Origin: Rhodospirillales bacterium
GTDB lineage: Bacteria; Pseudomonadota; Alphaproteobacteria; Bin95
Direction: 5' to 3'
Assembly: GCA_038143065.1 (NCBI GenBank)
Contig: JAYQLI010000012.1
Span: 38,076 to 102,075, forward strand
Length of the DNA stretch: 64,000 nt
How positions within the stretch are numbered: the stretch's first letter is position 1; the number at the start of each line of letters is the position of its first letter. The notes under the pieces were generated by a model, which saw only the letters and a program-made list of their open reading frames with translations, had not been told where the DNA came from and made no database searches. Shown one piece after another: positions 44,873-56,050 of this stretch. The position numbers and the translations under genes were made by a program.

Positions 44873-47050
44873 GGTATTCCAAAGCTTCGTAGCAGCCGTG
44901 ATTATACTCTCTCGACTGGGCATTGTGGCGGCATATGCTGGACCCGTCGCGATAAAGCTATCTTCCGCAGCAAGACGTGCCACGGGGAGATCGCTGCGTT
45001 CCGTAAGCATCGCAAATAAGGCTTCGGCCTGGCCACCGGTTCCGCGACATTCATCTACAACCAGAACTTTTTGTGCACCGTCAATGGCGGATAATATGCC
45101 CTCGGCAGGAAGAGGGGCAATCCAGCGGATGTCGACAATACGTACTTCAATTCCTTGTTTTTTCAGAACTTTAGCGGCTTGTTGTGATAAATAATGACCA
45201 TTGCCATAAGTGATAATAGCCAAAGGGCCATTGCCTGTAACGCCGACTTCGCCCAATGAAATGCATTCATCCATTGCGGGGTAAGTGTGCATCCAACCGC
45301 CGTCTTTTTCATCGTGCAAATCACGCATTGGATACAGCGCGATGGGTTCTACAAACACCACAACACGCTGTTCTTCGCGCGCTAGTCGTAAGCATTCGCG
45401 CAGCATTTTAACAGCGTCAGCACCGTGGGATGGGCAAGCAACGATCACTCCAGGGATGTCGCGCAAGACTGCAAGCGAATTATCGTTATGGAAATGCCCA
45501 CCAAAACCTTTTTGGTAACCCAATCCCGCTATGCGCAGCACCATAGGGTTTGTGAATTGTCCATTGGAAAAAAAAGAGAGCGTTGCGGCTTCGCCGCGAA
45601 TTTGATCTTCAGCGTTGTGAAAATAAGCAAGGAACTGGATCTCAGGAAGTGGAATAAACCCGTTATGGGCCAAACCGATCGCCAAGCCGAGTATGGATTG
45701 CTCATCTAGCAATGTGTCGATCACCCGATCCTGACCGAAACGATCACAAAGCTTTTGGGTCACACCATAAACGCCTCCTTTACGGCCCACGTCTTCGCCC
45801 ATCATTATAATTTCAGGATGTTCAAGCATAAGATCGGTCAATGCCCAGTTTATCAACTTCGACATATTTTGAGGTTTTTCCATTTGTTGTATGTCGCTGC
45901 CGAATGCAATCTCTCGTGCCTCTTTAGATGGACCGTTGGTGAGCTTACATTCTCTTTTGGGTGGCACGATAGAGGCCATGACCTCCCGCGATGTAGACAG
46001 ACGTTGTTGTTGGATCACCTCCTCAGCGACTCGAGCGCATTGCTCTTCAGTCTCAAGATATATTGAGAGAACCTGGTCAGCCGTTAGAACGCCGCTTTCG
46101 GTAAGCAAGCGCGCCGAATGCAGCAGCGGATCGTTTTGCTCCCATTCCTCAAATATACTTTTCGCCAGATAAGTTTGTTGCAGATCTGCGCCTGCATGAC
46201 CGTAAAGGCGAACCAGCGAAAGATGTAAAAATGCAGGTTTCTTTCTTTTGCGGACATATTCTGCAGATGCCTGTGCTACGCAAAAAGTGTCAAATAAATC
46301 AAGGCCGTTTGCTTTGAAGTATTTCAGACCTGGTTTATTGGCAAAGCTTGCGCCAATCCAACCTTGAGGTGTGCGCGTGGAAATGCCGATATCGTTGTCT
46401 TCACAAACAAACAATAGAGGTAGTGGGACAGATTGATAGGAGGTCCAGCAGGCTGTATTTATTGCCCCTTGCGCTGTGGAATGGTTCGCCGACGCATCAC
46501 CAAACGAGCACATGACAATGCTATCATCCTTCAAAACTTTGTGTTCAGGTGGATGTCGTTTGGCTAATGAAATGGAATATGCAGTACCGACCGCTTTGGG
46601 AAGGTGACTGGCAATCGTAGACGTTTGGGGCGGGATGTTCATAGCCTTGGATCCAAGTACCTTATGACGACCGCCAGACATAGGGTCCGATTTTGCGGTG
46701 GAGAAGCTGAGCAGCATATCCCAAGCAGGTGTTGTTCCAGGCACCATTGCAGAACGGCGCGTTTGAAACGCACCATCCCGATAATGCAGAAACGCCATAT
46801 CATCGGGCCGTAATGCAGAAGCAATCGCCGCCATGCCTTCGTGCCCGGATGAACCGATGGTATAAAACCCTTGTCCAGCGCTTTGCATTTTGCGCGAGCG
46901 TCGATCAAGATTTCGGCTCAGGCATTGAGCCCGAAAAATCGCAACGGCCTCAAAGCTAGACAAAGGACCGTATGGCGCATCACCACTGGGAAATTCACCT
47001 GCACTCACTCTGGCAAGAAAAGCCTCGTGAACGATATCTGCGCGATCCAT
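44867..47050 (-). CDS. Fused alpha-beta E1 component of a TPP-dependent 2-oxoacid dehydrogenase (727 aa)
   Basis: The alpha part contains GDASANHSTAQGAINTACW...PLLFVCEDNDIGISTRTP. The beta part contains MMGEDVGRKGGVYGVTQKL...VIDTLLDEQSILGLAIGLA. The ORF is uninterrupted. Confidence 0.85.
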   Translation of the reverse strand: MDRADIVHEAFLARVSAGEFPSGDAPYGPLSSFEAVAIFRAQCLSRNLDRRSRKMQSAGQGFYTIGSSGHEGMAAIASALRPDDMAFLHYRDGAFQTRRSAMVPGTTPAWDMLLSFSTAKSDPMSGGRHKVLGSKAMNIPPQTSTIASHLPKAVGTAYSISLAKRHPPEHKVLKDDSIVMCSFGDASANHSTAQGAINTACWTSYQSVPLPLLFVCEDNDIGISTRTPQGWIGASFANKPGLKYFKANGLDLFDTFCVAQASAEYVRKRKKPAFLHLSLVRLYGHAGADLQQTYLAKSIFEEWEQNDPLLHSARLLTESGVLTADQVLSIYLETEEQCARVAEEVIQQQRLSTSREVMASIVPPKRECKLTNGPSKEAREIAFGSDIQQMEKPQNMSKLINWALTDLMLEHPEIIMMGEDVGRKGGVYGVTQKLCDRFGQDRVIDTLLDEQSILGLAIGLAHNGFIPLPEIQFLAYFHNAEDQIRGEAATLSFFSNGQFTNPMVLRIAGLGYQKGFGGHFHNDNSLAVLRDIPGVIVACPSHGADAVKMLRECLRLAREEQRVVVFVEPIALYPMRDLHDEKDGGWMHTYPAMDECISLGEVGVTGNGPLAIITYGNGHYLSQQAAKVLKKQGIEVRIVDIRWIAPLPAEGILSAIDGAQKVLVVDECRGTGGQAEALFAMLTERSDLPVARLAAEDSFIATGPAYAATMPSRESIITAATKLWNTL

Positions 47051-47069
47051 AAATTATTTCCCTAGATGT

Positions 47070-48278
47070 TCAAAAAAAGGCCTGCAAGCCGGTCTGTGCG
47101 CGGCCCAAGATAAGGGCATGCACATCATGGGTTCCTTCGTAGGTGTTAACCGTTTCCAGATTAACCATATGGCGGATCACCTGAAACTCCTCAGAAATTC
47201 CATTGCCTCCGTGCATGTCACGAGCATGGCGAGCAATTTCTAAGGCTTTGCCGCAATTATTACGCTTCATAATACTGATCATTTCTGGCGCAGCCTTTGC
47301 CTCGTCCATCAGGCGGCCAATGCGCAAGCTTCCCTGCAAACCAAGTGTGATTTCAGTTTGCATATTGGCCAATTTCAATTGGAAAAGTTGTGTTTGAGCA
47401 AGTGGTTTATTGAACTGTTTACGATCCAAACCATACTGGCGCGATGCATGCCAGCAGAATTCTGCAGCCCCCAGAACACCCCATGAAATACCGTAACGTG
47501 CCCGGTTCAAACACCCAAACGGCCCCTTAAGACCTTCGACATTCGGAAGCAGTGCATCTTCGCTCACTTCCAGGTTATCCATAACAATTTCGCCGGTGAT
47601 TGAGGTACGCAATGACATTTTACCGCCAATTTTAGGTGCCGAAAGACCTTTCATACCTTTATCCAGAATGAAGCCGCGAATTTTATCGCCATGGGCGTTA
47701 GATTTTGCCCAAACCACAAATACATCTGCGACTGGGCTGTTTGAAATCCACATTTTAGAACCGTTAAGGACATACCCGCCCTGCACTTTTTCTGCGCGGG
47801 TTTTCATATCACCCGGATCACTACCGGCATCTGGTTCAGTAAGCCCAAAACAACCGATGAATTCGCCACTGGCCAGTTTAGGTAAATATTTCTGACGCTG
47901 TTCTTCGGAGCCATAGGCATATATCGGATACATCACCAATGAGGATTGCACGGACATCATAGAACGGTACCCAGAATCAACACGTTCAATTTCGCGCGCA
48001 ACCAGCCCGTAAGTGACATAAGATGCGCCTAAACCGCCGTATTCCTCAGGAACGGTAACGCCAAGCAAACCCATTTCTCCCATTTCACGGAAAATTTTTG
48101 TTTCTGTGGTTTCATTGGCATAGGCTTCAATAACGCGAGGCTGTAGTTTTTCTTGAGCAAAGGTACGGGCTGAATCCCGCATCATCCGTTCTTCCTCATT
48201 GAGTTGCTGCTCCAGAAAAAATGGGTCATCCCAGTTAAAACAAGACAAGCCTGGGACGTCTTTGGGTTTTAGTGACAT
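47070..48278 (-). CDS. gcdH: Glutaryl-CoA dehydrogenase
   Basis: An intact 402-aa acyl-CoA dehydrogenase with the GcdH-type N-terminus [36 protein letters not shown], plus [14 protein letters not shown]. Confidence 0.9.
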   Translation of the reverse strand: MSLKPKDVPGLSCFNWDDPFFLEQQLNEEERMMRDSARTFAQEKLQPRVIEAYANETTETKIFREMGEMGLLGVTVPEEYGGLGASYVTYGLVAREIERVDSGYRSMMSVQSSLVMYPIYAYGSEEQRQKYLPKLASGEFIGCFGLTEPDAGSDPGDMKTRAEKVQGGYVLNGSKMWISNSPVADVFVVWAKSNAHGDKIRGFILDKGMKGLSAPKIGGKMSLRTSITGEIVMDNLEVSEDALLPNVEGLKGPFGCLNRARYGISWGVLGAAEFCWHASRQYGLDRKQFNKPLAQTQLFQLKLANMQTEITLGLQGSLRIGRLMDEAKAAPEMISIMKRNNCGKALEIARHARDMHGGNGISEEFQVIRHMVNLETVNTYEGTHDVHALILGRAQTGLQAFF

Positions 48279-48289
48279 ATGACTATCCT

Positions 48290-49522
48290 TTATGAAAGTT
48301 TGGCCACGGCGTTAGCAATACGCGCACAACCTTCTTTTAAATCCGCCATCGCATAGGCGTATGACAATCGAAAATGGCCGGACAAACCAAAAGCGCGCCC
48401 GGGCACAAGCGCAACGCCGGCACTGGCTAAGATGTATTCACAAAATTCGGCGTCAGTGGTTAGCTCGGTTCCATCTGGCGTTTTGAGGCCAAAGGTTTTC
48501 ACACATGAGGGAAAAACATAAAACGCACCGCCCGGGGTGGGGCAATCAAGGCGCCGTGTTTTGTTCAATGCATCCACCACATAGTCTCGACGTTCTTTGA
48601 AAGACGCTAGGCGTTTGCTCAGAACATCTTGTGGCCCTGTAAGGGCAGCAATTGCGGCGGCCTGCGAAATTGAGCATGCTCCAGATGTGGATTGGCCCTG
48701 CACGCCCACCATTGTAGCGATAAGTTCACGCGGGCCAATGCCCCAGCCCAAACGCCAACCAGTCATGGCATAGGCTTTGGACACACCATTTACAATGAGC
48801 ATGCGGGCCAAAAGGTCGGGCGCAATTTCACGGAATGATGTGAAAGTATCATATGAGATATGTTGATAAATTTCATCTGCCAATATCCAAACATGCGGGT
48901 TTGCACGCAAAACATCAGCGAGAGCAGATAATTCTTGTGAAGAATATAACGCGCCAGACGGATTGCCAGGTGAATTCAGCAATAACCATTTTGTTTTTGA
49001 TGTAATTGCGGCAGACAGTTGTGCTGGGGATAGCTTGAAATTTGTTTCGCCAGTGCATGCGACTGGCACTAAATTAGCCTGACAAAACGCTACTATGTCG
49101 GCGTATGATGTCCAATAAGGCGCAGGAACAATAACTTCGTCTCCTTGATTAAGCGTGGCCAGGAAAGCATTTGATAGCACCTGTTTCGCTCCTGTACAGA
49201 CGATCACTTCGGTTTTGTCCGGTTTTCCGCTTGGGCCGGAAGCCGTGTGTTCTATAATGGCCTTCCTTAAAGAAGGTATGCCCTGCGTTGGTGGGTAAGT
49301 TGTTTGCCCTGCTAGCATAGCAGAATGCGCGGCTTCGATGATATTCATTGGTGTTGGGAAATCTGGTTCGCCGGTACCAAAACTAAGAATATTCTCACCT
49401 TTAGCTTTGCGGGCTTGCACTGATTCTGAAATCCGAACGATTTCGGATAGTTTAACAGCTGCAGCGCGGTCAGATCTAGCAAACATAGGTGTTTTAATTT
49501 TTGTGTTCATTACGATACGCAA
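48290..49522 (-). CDS. Class I/II (aspartate-type) pyridoxal-phosphate aminotransferase
   Basis: Contains [12 protein letters not shown] and [17 protein letters not shown] motifs. The ORF is uninterrupted. The true start may be the internal MNTKIK at about 49510. Confidence 0.85.
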   Translation of the reverse strand: MRIVMNTKIKTPMFARSDRAAAVKLSEIVRISESVQARKAKGENILSFGTGEPDFPTPMNIIEAAHSAMLAGQTTYPPTQGIPSLRKAIIEHTASGPSGKPDKTEVIVCTGAKQVLSNAFLATLNQGDEVIVPAPYWTSYADIVAFCQANLVPVACTGETNFKLSPAQLSAAITSKTKWLLLNSPGNPSGALYSSQELSALADVLRANPHVWILADEIYQHISYDTFTSFREIAPDLLARMLIVNGVSKAYAMTGWRLGWGIGPRELIATMVGVQGQSTSGACSISQAAAIAALTGPQDVLSKRLASFKERRDYVVDALNKTRRLDCPTPGGAFYVFPSCVKTFGLKTPDGTELTTDAEFCEYILASAGVALVPGRAFGLSGHFRLSYAYAMADLKEGCARIANAVAKLS

Positions 49523-49603
49523 TTATTTTTGTTGATATGAAACAGATATCTTTATTAATATCGAATATTACGGACAAATTTTACGAAATTTTGGAATTAG
49601 ATC

Positions 49604-50524
49604 ATGTCAAAATGGAATGATACTTCCATCCCGAGGAGGTTCCTACCTCCGTTTGCGTGGCTCGCCTCGTTCGAAGCAGTTGCAAGGCGCGGATCGGTCA
49701 CAACTGCGGCCCATGAACTAAACCTTACGCAAGGCGCGGTCAGTCGCCATGTGCAAAAGCTGGAACAGCAAATCGGTGTGCAGTTGTTTGAACGGGATAA
49801 GCAGCGCCTGCATTTAACGGGGTCGGGTAAGACTTATGCAGAAGAGGTGCGCCAAGGCATAAGCCAAATAACCAACGCTGGCGTCAAATTGCATACTAAC
49901 CCTAATGGGGGCGCGTTGAATTTAGCGGTGCTACCAGCATTCGGAACCCATTGGTTAGCGCCGCGTTTGGCGGATTTCATTGGCCAGTGTCCTGGCGTGA
50001 CAGTCAATCTGTCAACGCGAACCCGTCCTTTTGACTTTTCGAACGAGAATTTTCACGCGGCCATACATTTTGGATTGAACGACTGGCCGGACGTGAACAG
50101 CTTGTTTTTAATGGAAGAAGAAGTAGTTGCCATTGCAGCACCCCTGATCGTGAAGCCAAGCGCCGCAAACGATATGGACGAGATTCTGAAAATGCCACTG
50201 TTGCATCTGCAGACACGGCCGGCAGCGTGGAGCCGTTGGTTTGCGCAACAAGATTTAGACGTGAAAAATATAACCGGCATTCAGTTTGACCAGTTTGCGA
50301 CGATGATACAAGCAGTAGTTTCTGGCCTTGGCGCGGCAATTGTGCCCAAATATCTTGTCGAGAACGAGCTAAAACAAGGGAGACTGGTTGGGCTGGGCGG
50401 TTCTGCGACATCTGTAATTGGATCGTATTTTCTTGTATGGCCAGAACGCAGCGCACATCATCCCCCGGTTATGGCTTTCCAAAAGTGGATGAAATCCCTG
50501 GTAGGAGAAAACGCAATAATTTAA
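49604..50524 (+). CDS. LysR-family (GcvA-like) transcriptional regulator, divergent from the aminotransferase-gcdH operon
   Basis: The HTH is FEAVARRGSVTTAAHELNLTQGAVSRHVQKLEQQIGVQLFER. Intact, 306 aa. Confidence 0.85.
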   Translation: MSKWNDTSIPRRFLPPFAWLASFEAVARRGSVTTAAHELNLTQGAVSRHVQKLEQQIGVQLFERDKQRLHLTGSGKTYAEEVRQGISQITNAGVKLHTNPNGGALNLAVLPAFGTHWLAPRLADFIGQCPGVTVNLSTRTRPFDFSNENFHAAIHFGLNDWPDVNSLFLMEEEVVAIAAPLIVKPSAANDMDEILKMPLLHLQTRPAAWSRWFAQQDLDVKNITGIQFDQFATMIQAVVSGLGAAIVPKYLVENELKQGRLVGLGGSATSVIGSYFLVWPERSAHHPPVMAFQKWMKSLVGENAII

Positions 50525-51033
50525 CCATCGGAGGTTGCCAGTTTTTTCTTAGATGGTTGTTGATTGGGACGCCAAGGTGCACGGCTACTGTGATCATTGG
50601 CAGAAATCAGTTTTTGGGTCAGCGTCATATACAAAGCGTATTCTTCATCTGTCAGAGGATCTATCAGCCGCCTTTGTGCTTTCACCATTCCAGGTTTCAC
50701 TTTTTCGACAAGCTGGCGTCCCGCAAGGGTTATTTTGGCCAGCTTTGTGCGTTTGTCTGTCGGATTATCGGGCCGCTCCAGTAACTCGCGTTTGGCCAGA
50801 CGTCTGATAACATCCGCAGCGGTGTTTCTGTCCACGCCAATCATTGAGGCAATGGTAACCTGATCGCGAACATTGCCATCTACAAGTACCGTAAGCACAC
50901 CAAATTGGACAGGTGTTAGATCATGCTTGCCGCATTCCTCCAGAAAAAGGGCTACGTGGATTTGGTGCAACCGCCGAATAAGGTGTCCCGGTCGATCTGT
51001 AAGGTTTTGAAAAATCGAATCATCAACTGACAT
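50521..51033 (-). CDS. MarR-family transcriptional regulator, divergent from hyuA
   Basis: Contains LTPVQFGVLTVL...QVTIASMIGVDRNTAADVIRRLAKRELLERPDNPTDKRTKLAKITLAG. Intact, 170 aa. Confidence 0.85.
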   Translation of the reverse strand: MSVDDSIFQNLTDRPGHLIRRLHQIHVALFLEECGKHDLTPVQFGVLTVLVDGNVRDQVTIASMIGVDRNTAADVIRRLAKRELLERPDNPTDKRTKLAKITLAGRQLVEKVKPGMVKAQRRLIDPLTDEEYALYMTLTQKLISANDHSSRAPWRPNQQPSKKKLATSDG

Positions 51034-51181
51034 AGAGGCTCTGGTTTTAATTACTGCTTAATCGGTATTATATACCAAAGCACCGTGATTTAAACCAGCG
51101 CTTGAAAATGTAAGGTACAGCGGGCCGCACACAGGAAGAGCCACAAGGTGTGTGGATGACGGATAAAAAAATGTCTTTTAT

Positions 51182-51209
51182 TTGACACCGCCAATTTCCG
51201 TAGTACACT
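51182..51209 (+). promoter_or_regulatory. Candidate sigma70-type promoter for the hyuA array: TTGACA, 16 nt, TACACT
   Basis: Read directly. Nearby palindromes GGTAT-tat-ATACC (51066-51078) and CCACA-aggtg-TGTGG are candidate MarR sites. Confidence 0.3.
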
Positions 51210-51246
51210 ACCTAATATTGTGTGTTCGAACTTTGGAGAAAACCGT

Positions 51247-53319
51247 ATGGGTTGGACAGTTGGTGTGGATGTCGGCGGGACATTTACTGATTTTTATGCA
51301 GCGAACGATCAAACCGGAGTGTTTCACGTTCACAAAACGTCGTCCACGCCTTCGAACCCAGCTGAAGCAATTCTAAATGGTCTTGACGTAATGTGCACCA
51401 AGTTCGATATCCCAGCGGATGAAATCGAACGGGTGTCCCATGGAACAACAGTTGGCACCAATGCGCTGATCCAGCGCACTGGAAGCCGTGTGGCCTTGGT
51501 AACAACCAAAGGGTTTTGCGATCTGTTGGAAGTTGGTCGCCAAACGCGCCCTCATATGTATGACTTGCAACGGGATCACCCCGATCCGCTAGTGGATCGG
51601 GAATACCGCATTGAACTGAATGAACGTATCGGCGCAAAGGGTGAAATCGTTCGCGCTCCGAGTGCTGAGGATATCGATGCGGCTGTTGATGAAGTGATTT
51701 CTGTGGCTGCAGGCGCCTGCGCCATTGGGTTTGTTTTTTCGTTCAGAAATGACAGCCACGAACAAGCGTTTGCAAAGGCCTTGCGCAAACGTGCACCAGA
51801 GATTGCGGTTTCGGTGTCCTCCGAAGTACAGCCAGAATTTCGCGAATATGAACGACTATCCACAACAGTTCTCAACGCCTATTTGCAGCCTGTTATGTGG
51901 CACTATTTGGAAACCTTGGAAGCAGGGATCGCAGAACGTGCGCCCAATGCCAGCCTTGGGATTAACCAATCAAGTGGTGGATTGATGTCGGTTCAGCGGT
52001 CAAGGGAATTTCCAGTGCGGACTGCTCTGTCTGGTCCTGCTGCAGGTGCAGTGGGCGCGGCCCATGCGGCACGTCAAACAGGACGCCGCAATATCATTAC
52101 GCTCGATATGGGTGGCACCAGTGCCGATGTAGCGTTGATCCGTGACTACAGCGTTGATCTGGCGTTTGATCGTGATGTAGCTGGCTTTCCTATTCGGATG
52201 CCGTGCGTTGATGTGGAAACTGTTGGTGCGGGTGGTGGCTCGATTGCGTGGTTTGATCGTGATGGTCTGTTGAAGGTTGGTCCAAAATCCGCAGGGGCGT
52301 ATCCCGGACCCGCGTGTTACGGCAATGGCGGCGACGAACCGACAACAACGGATGCGAACCTATTGCTAGGTCGTTTGTCTTCACGCGGTTTGCTGGATGG
52401 TGAAATGGGGCTTGATCCAGAGTTATCCCGTGCAGTTTTTAAGCCGATTGCGGATCAGTTGGGTTTTACCCTCGAAAAAACCGCACAGGGGATGCTGGGT
52501 ATCGTAATTGCCAATATGGTGCGAACGATCCGCACCATTTCTGTTGAGCGTGGACATGATCCGCGTGACTTTGTGCTGATGCCATTTGGTGGCGCTGGGC
52601 CTCTGCACGCCCGTGATGTGGCTGTAAGCCTCGGCATGAAAGAAATGGTTGTGCCCGCCGCACCTGGTATCGTTTGTGCTCAGGGTCTGTTAGTGTCTGA
52701 TTTGAAAGAAGATTTTGTTGTCAGCCGCCGTATTGCATTGGATGACACTGGGATCGGTGTTTTGGCGCAAACATTAGCAGACTTGCACACCAAAGCCGTG
52801 GATTGGTTTGCCAAGGAGAAAGCCCCTGAAACTGGTCGTAGTGTTCAATTGATTGTGGATGCGCGGTATGTGGGTCAAAACTTTGAACTTGCAGTGCCCG
52901 TGGCCGCAGGTGCGCAGTTATCTGTAAACGATGTACCAAATGCCCAAACGGTGACCAAAGCATTCTGTGATGCGCATGATCAAGCTTATGGCTACGCCAG
53001 CGAAACTGATCCCGTTGAAATAGTGAATGTTCGCTTGTCGGCACGTGCAAAGTTACACACATTCGAGGACAAACCAGCCGTAGATAGTGAAATAGATGAA
53101 CCACAGGTGCGCGACACTCGTTTAGTTTATTATGATAGCGATGCTCCTGTTGAATCGCGTATTTACGACAGTGCGGAAATGCGCCCGGGCCAACGGGTCA
53201 CCGGCCCAGCGGTTCTGGAGCAAATGGACACGACCACACCAGTTTACCCTGGTGATGTTGCTGAAATGACGCCCGATGGGCATTTGATTATCACCATAAA
53301 GCCGGAGGACCTTGCATGA
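51247..53319 (+). CDS. hyuA: Hydantoinase/oxoprolinase A subunit (HyuA family, ATP-dependent)
   Basis: MGWTVGVDVGGTFTDF is the typical N-terminus. Also present are LDMGGTSADV and VETVGAGGGSIAW. The ORF is uninterrupted to 53319. Confidence 0.85.
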   Translation: MGWTVGVDVGGTFTDFYAANDQTGVFHVHKTSSTPSNPAEAILNGLDVMCTKFDIPADEIERVSHGTTVGTNALIQRTGSRVALVTTKGFCDLLEVGRQTRPHMYDLQRDHPDPLVDREYRIELNERIGAKGEIVRAPSAEDIDAAVDEVISVAAGACAIGFVFSFRNDSHEQAFAKALRKRAPEIAVSVSSEVQPEFREYERLSTTVLNAYLQPVMWHYLETLEAGIAERAPNASLGINQSSGGLMSVQRSREFPVRTALSGPAAGAVGAAHAARQTGRRNIITLDMGGTSADVALIRDYSVDLAFDRDVAGFPIRMPCVDVETVGAGGGSIAWFDRDGLLKVGPKSAGAYPGPACYGNGGDEPTTTDANLLLGRLSSRGLLDGEMGLDPELSRAVFKPIADQLGFTLEKTAQGMLGIVIANMVRTIRTISVERGHDPRDFVLMPFGGAGPLHARDVAVSLGMKEMVVPAAPGIVCAQGLLVSDLKEDFVVSRRIALDDTGIGVLAQTLADLHTKAVDWFAKEKAPETGRSVQLIVDARYVGQNFELAVPVAAGAQLSVNDVPNAQTVTKAFCDAHDQAYGYASETDPVEIVNVRLSARAKLHTFEDKPAVDSEIDEPQVRDTRLVYYDSDAPVESRIYDSAEMRPGQRVTGPAVLEQMDTTTPVYPGDVAEMTPDGHLIITIKPEDLA

Positions 53320-55011
53320 GCGAGCGCACAGTAGAACTCGATCCGATCCGTCTGGAAATTATCGCCAATGGTCTGCGCTCAATTGCGGATGAATGCTTTG
53401 TGGCGTTGATGCGGTCTTCGTATTCGACCAACATCAAGGAGCGCAAAGACCATTCCATTGCGATTGTAGACAAAGTCGGCCGTTTGGTTGTTCAGGCGGA
53501 ACTGACCCTGCCCATTCACATCGCCTCGATGGGGGGATTGATGAAATGTGTGTTGGAAAAATTTGGCGACGACATCAATGAAGGCGATATCTTTGTAGCC
53601 AACGATCCACACACGGCGGGCGGCACACACTTGCCTGATATTAACTACGCAATGCCGATCTTTATTGACGGCGAGATCGTAGCTTTTGTGTGCAACATCG
53701 CCCACCACGCCGATATCGGTGGTATGGTTCCGGGTTCTATGGCGGGTGGCATGTCGGAGATTTATCAGGAAGGGCTGCGTATTCCCGCTGTCCGCCTGTT
53801 TAACAAAGGTATTTTGCAACAAGATATCATGGATATCATGTTGTTGAACGTTCGAGTTCCCGAAGAACGCCAAAGGCGATCACAACGCACAAATTGCGTC
53901 GTGTCGATTGGGCGAACGGCGGTTCAAAGAAGTTGTCGGAGTTCATGGATTGTCAAGCGTTGTGACAGCGTTTGATGAAATTATCAGCCGTACAAACCAG
54001 CGGATGAAAGACACTATCGCGCAGATACCTGATGGAGTTTATGAATTCAAAGACTACATGGATTCAGATGGTCTCTCGACCTACGATATTCCGATTTGCC
54101 TGAAACTGACGGTTAAAGGCGAACGTATCCATCTGGATTTTGCGGGCACCAGCCCACAGGTTAGAGGTAACATCAACACGACATTAAATGCAGTACAGGC
54201 CAGTGTGAGTTATGCGTTGATCGGGGCATTAGACAGCGAAATGCCATCCAACCAAGGTGTGTTGGACGCGGTTGATATTTCATGTGGATCTGGCACGATT
54301 TTGAACTGTGTCTTCCCAGCCCCCGTAGCGGCGCGTGCGCATGCCTGCCAACGGGTGATTGATATTGTTCTTGGCGCCTTGTCCAAAGCGATCCCAGACA
54401 AGGTGATTGCAGCGGCGAACGGAGCCAATACAACGGCTGTTTTTTCGGGCGTCGATCCTCGCACTGGTAAACCGTATCTGTACTTTGAAACCATCGGAGG
54501 TGGTATGGGTGCACGGGCGACCAAAGACGGCAAAGATGGCGTTCAAGTTGGCATAACCAACACATCAAACCTGCCAGTGGAATCCATTGAACAAGAATAC
54601 CCGCTGCGGGTCGAAGAATACGGCTTTGTCGAAAACTCTGGCGGCGCGGGTGAATTTCGTGGGGGCATGGGATTGCGCCGCGTGTTAACACCTGTGGACC
54701 ATGAATGTGTGTTCAACGGCGCGGGCGAACGGTTCCGGTATCAACCTTGGGGGTTGTTTGGCGGCGAAGCAGGTGCGTCTGGCCAATTCCAGATCGAAGA
54801 CGCTGATGGCATACGCCGTTTGGACGACAAACCGAATGAGGTTGAAGTCAAACTGGGCACGCGCATAACAGTGGAAACACCGGGCGCGGGTGGCTATGGC
54901 AAACCTGCTAAGCGGAATGCAGAAGCTGTAAAACGAGACCAAGAGAGCGGAAAATATTCGCCAGAGTTCATAAAAGAAAACTATGCAGAAACCAACTTCG
55001 GGGAGCAATAA
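53316..55011 (+). pseudogene. hyuB: Hydantoinase/oxoprolinase B subunit (HyuB family), single frameshift at about 53872-53880
   Basis: Contains DPIRLEIIANGLRSIADE...FVANDPHTAGGTHLPDIN...NVRVPEERQ. The frame then switches to GDHNAQIASCRLGERRFKEVV (ORF 53908..55011). The start overlaps the hyuA stop (ATGA). Confidence 0.8.
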
Positions 55012-55012
55012 C

Positions 55013-56050
55013 ATGCGTGTCTACTCTATGGTACGGCCCAAGAAACTGTCGGAAATGCCAGAAGCAATGGCACGGGCAGAACGGCTTGGCTATGACGGGA
55101 CAACTTTGCTGGAACTGACTGTTCCACCAACCTTGTCTGCTGCGGCTGGAGCGATGCTAACCAAAGATATCAAGATGATGTCTGGCGTTTTTGTTGCCTT
55201 TCCCCGTAGCCCGATGGCAACCGCCTATGATGCGTGGTCGTTGAATGAATTGTCGGGTGGGCGTTTCCAGCTTGGCCTTGGCAGCCAGATCAAGGCCCAC
55301 ATTACGCGCCGCTTTGGTATGGAGTATTTGCCGGTGATCCGTCGGATGAAAGACTACATCAACGCTTTGAACGCAATTTGGGATTGTTGGCAGGATGGAA
55401 CTAAACTGGATTATGATGGCGTGTATTACAAACACAACCTCATGATACCGTATTACAACCCTGGCCCATTAACGACCGGCAAGCCGGAAATCCATTTGGC
55501 CGCGATCAACAAATTAATGTGTCGGTTGTGTGGTGAGGTTGCAAACGGCCATTTACCCGGTGATCCGATCACATGGAAATGGCACGAGGAAGTCATGTTG
55601 CCCAACCTTGAGATAGGTTTGGAACGTTCCGGTCGCACGCTCAAAGACCTCGATCTGGGTGGCTATGGCTTCATCGGCTGTGCGACAAATACCGAGGGGC
55701 TGGATCGCGTTGCCAATGGTTTGAAAGAGCGGGTTGCATTATATGCGTCGACGCCAGAATATGCAGAAATGTTGTCAATGTTTGGTTGGTCGGTGAGCCA
55801 AGAAGATTTCGCCAATCTGTCCCGTCAAGGTAAATGGGCCGAAATGGGAAATCTGGTAACTGATGATATGCTTGAAGCCTATTCGGTGATTACAACACCG
55901 GAAGACCTGCCTTCTGCTTTGGCCAAAAGGTATGGTGGAAAAGTTGATCGCATCCCAATTGATGAAACATGGTTTGATGGTTTGACTGATGATCAAGTTG
56001 AAACACTGGTAACTGAAATTAAGAAAATACCCAGCCATGCTGACGGTTGA
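55013..56050 (+). CDS. Luciferase-like monooxygenase (LLM) family oxidoreductase, probably F420-dependent
   Basis: Contains MRVYSMV...AERLGYDGTTLLELTVPP...GGRFQLGLGSQIKAHITRRFGMEY, a TIM-barrel LLM pattern. Its position next to the F420 genes supports the cofactor assignment. Confidence 0.7.
   Translation: MRVYSMVRPKKLSEMPEAMARAERLGYDGTTLLELTVPPTLSAAAGAMLTKDIKMMSGVFVAFPRSPMATAYDAWSLNELSGGRFQLGLGSQIKAHITRRFGMEYLPVIRRMKDYINALNAIWDCWQDGTKLDYDGVYYKHNLMIPYYNPGPLTTGKPEIHLAAINKLMCRLCGEVANGHLPGDPITWKWHEEVMLPNLEIGLERSGRTLKDLDLGGYGFIGCATNTEGLDRVANGLKERVALYASTPEYAEMLSMFGWSVSQEDFANLSRQGKWAEMGNLVTDDMLEAYSVITTPEDLPSALAKRYGGKVDRIPIDETWFDGLTDDQVETLVTEIKKIPSHADG

Noticed and set aside
53379-53873. Long antisense ORFs inside well-supported genes (for example 53379..53873, 54173..54691, 56124..56657, 58688..59326, 59648..60355, 16019..16540, 50004..50456)
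   Set aside because: They lie opposite genes with clear family signatures, have biased or unusual composition (R/H/C-rich) and no recognisable motifs. These are typical shadow ORFs.
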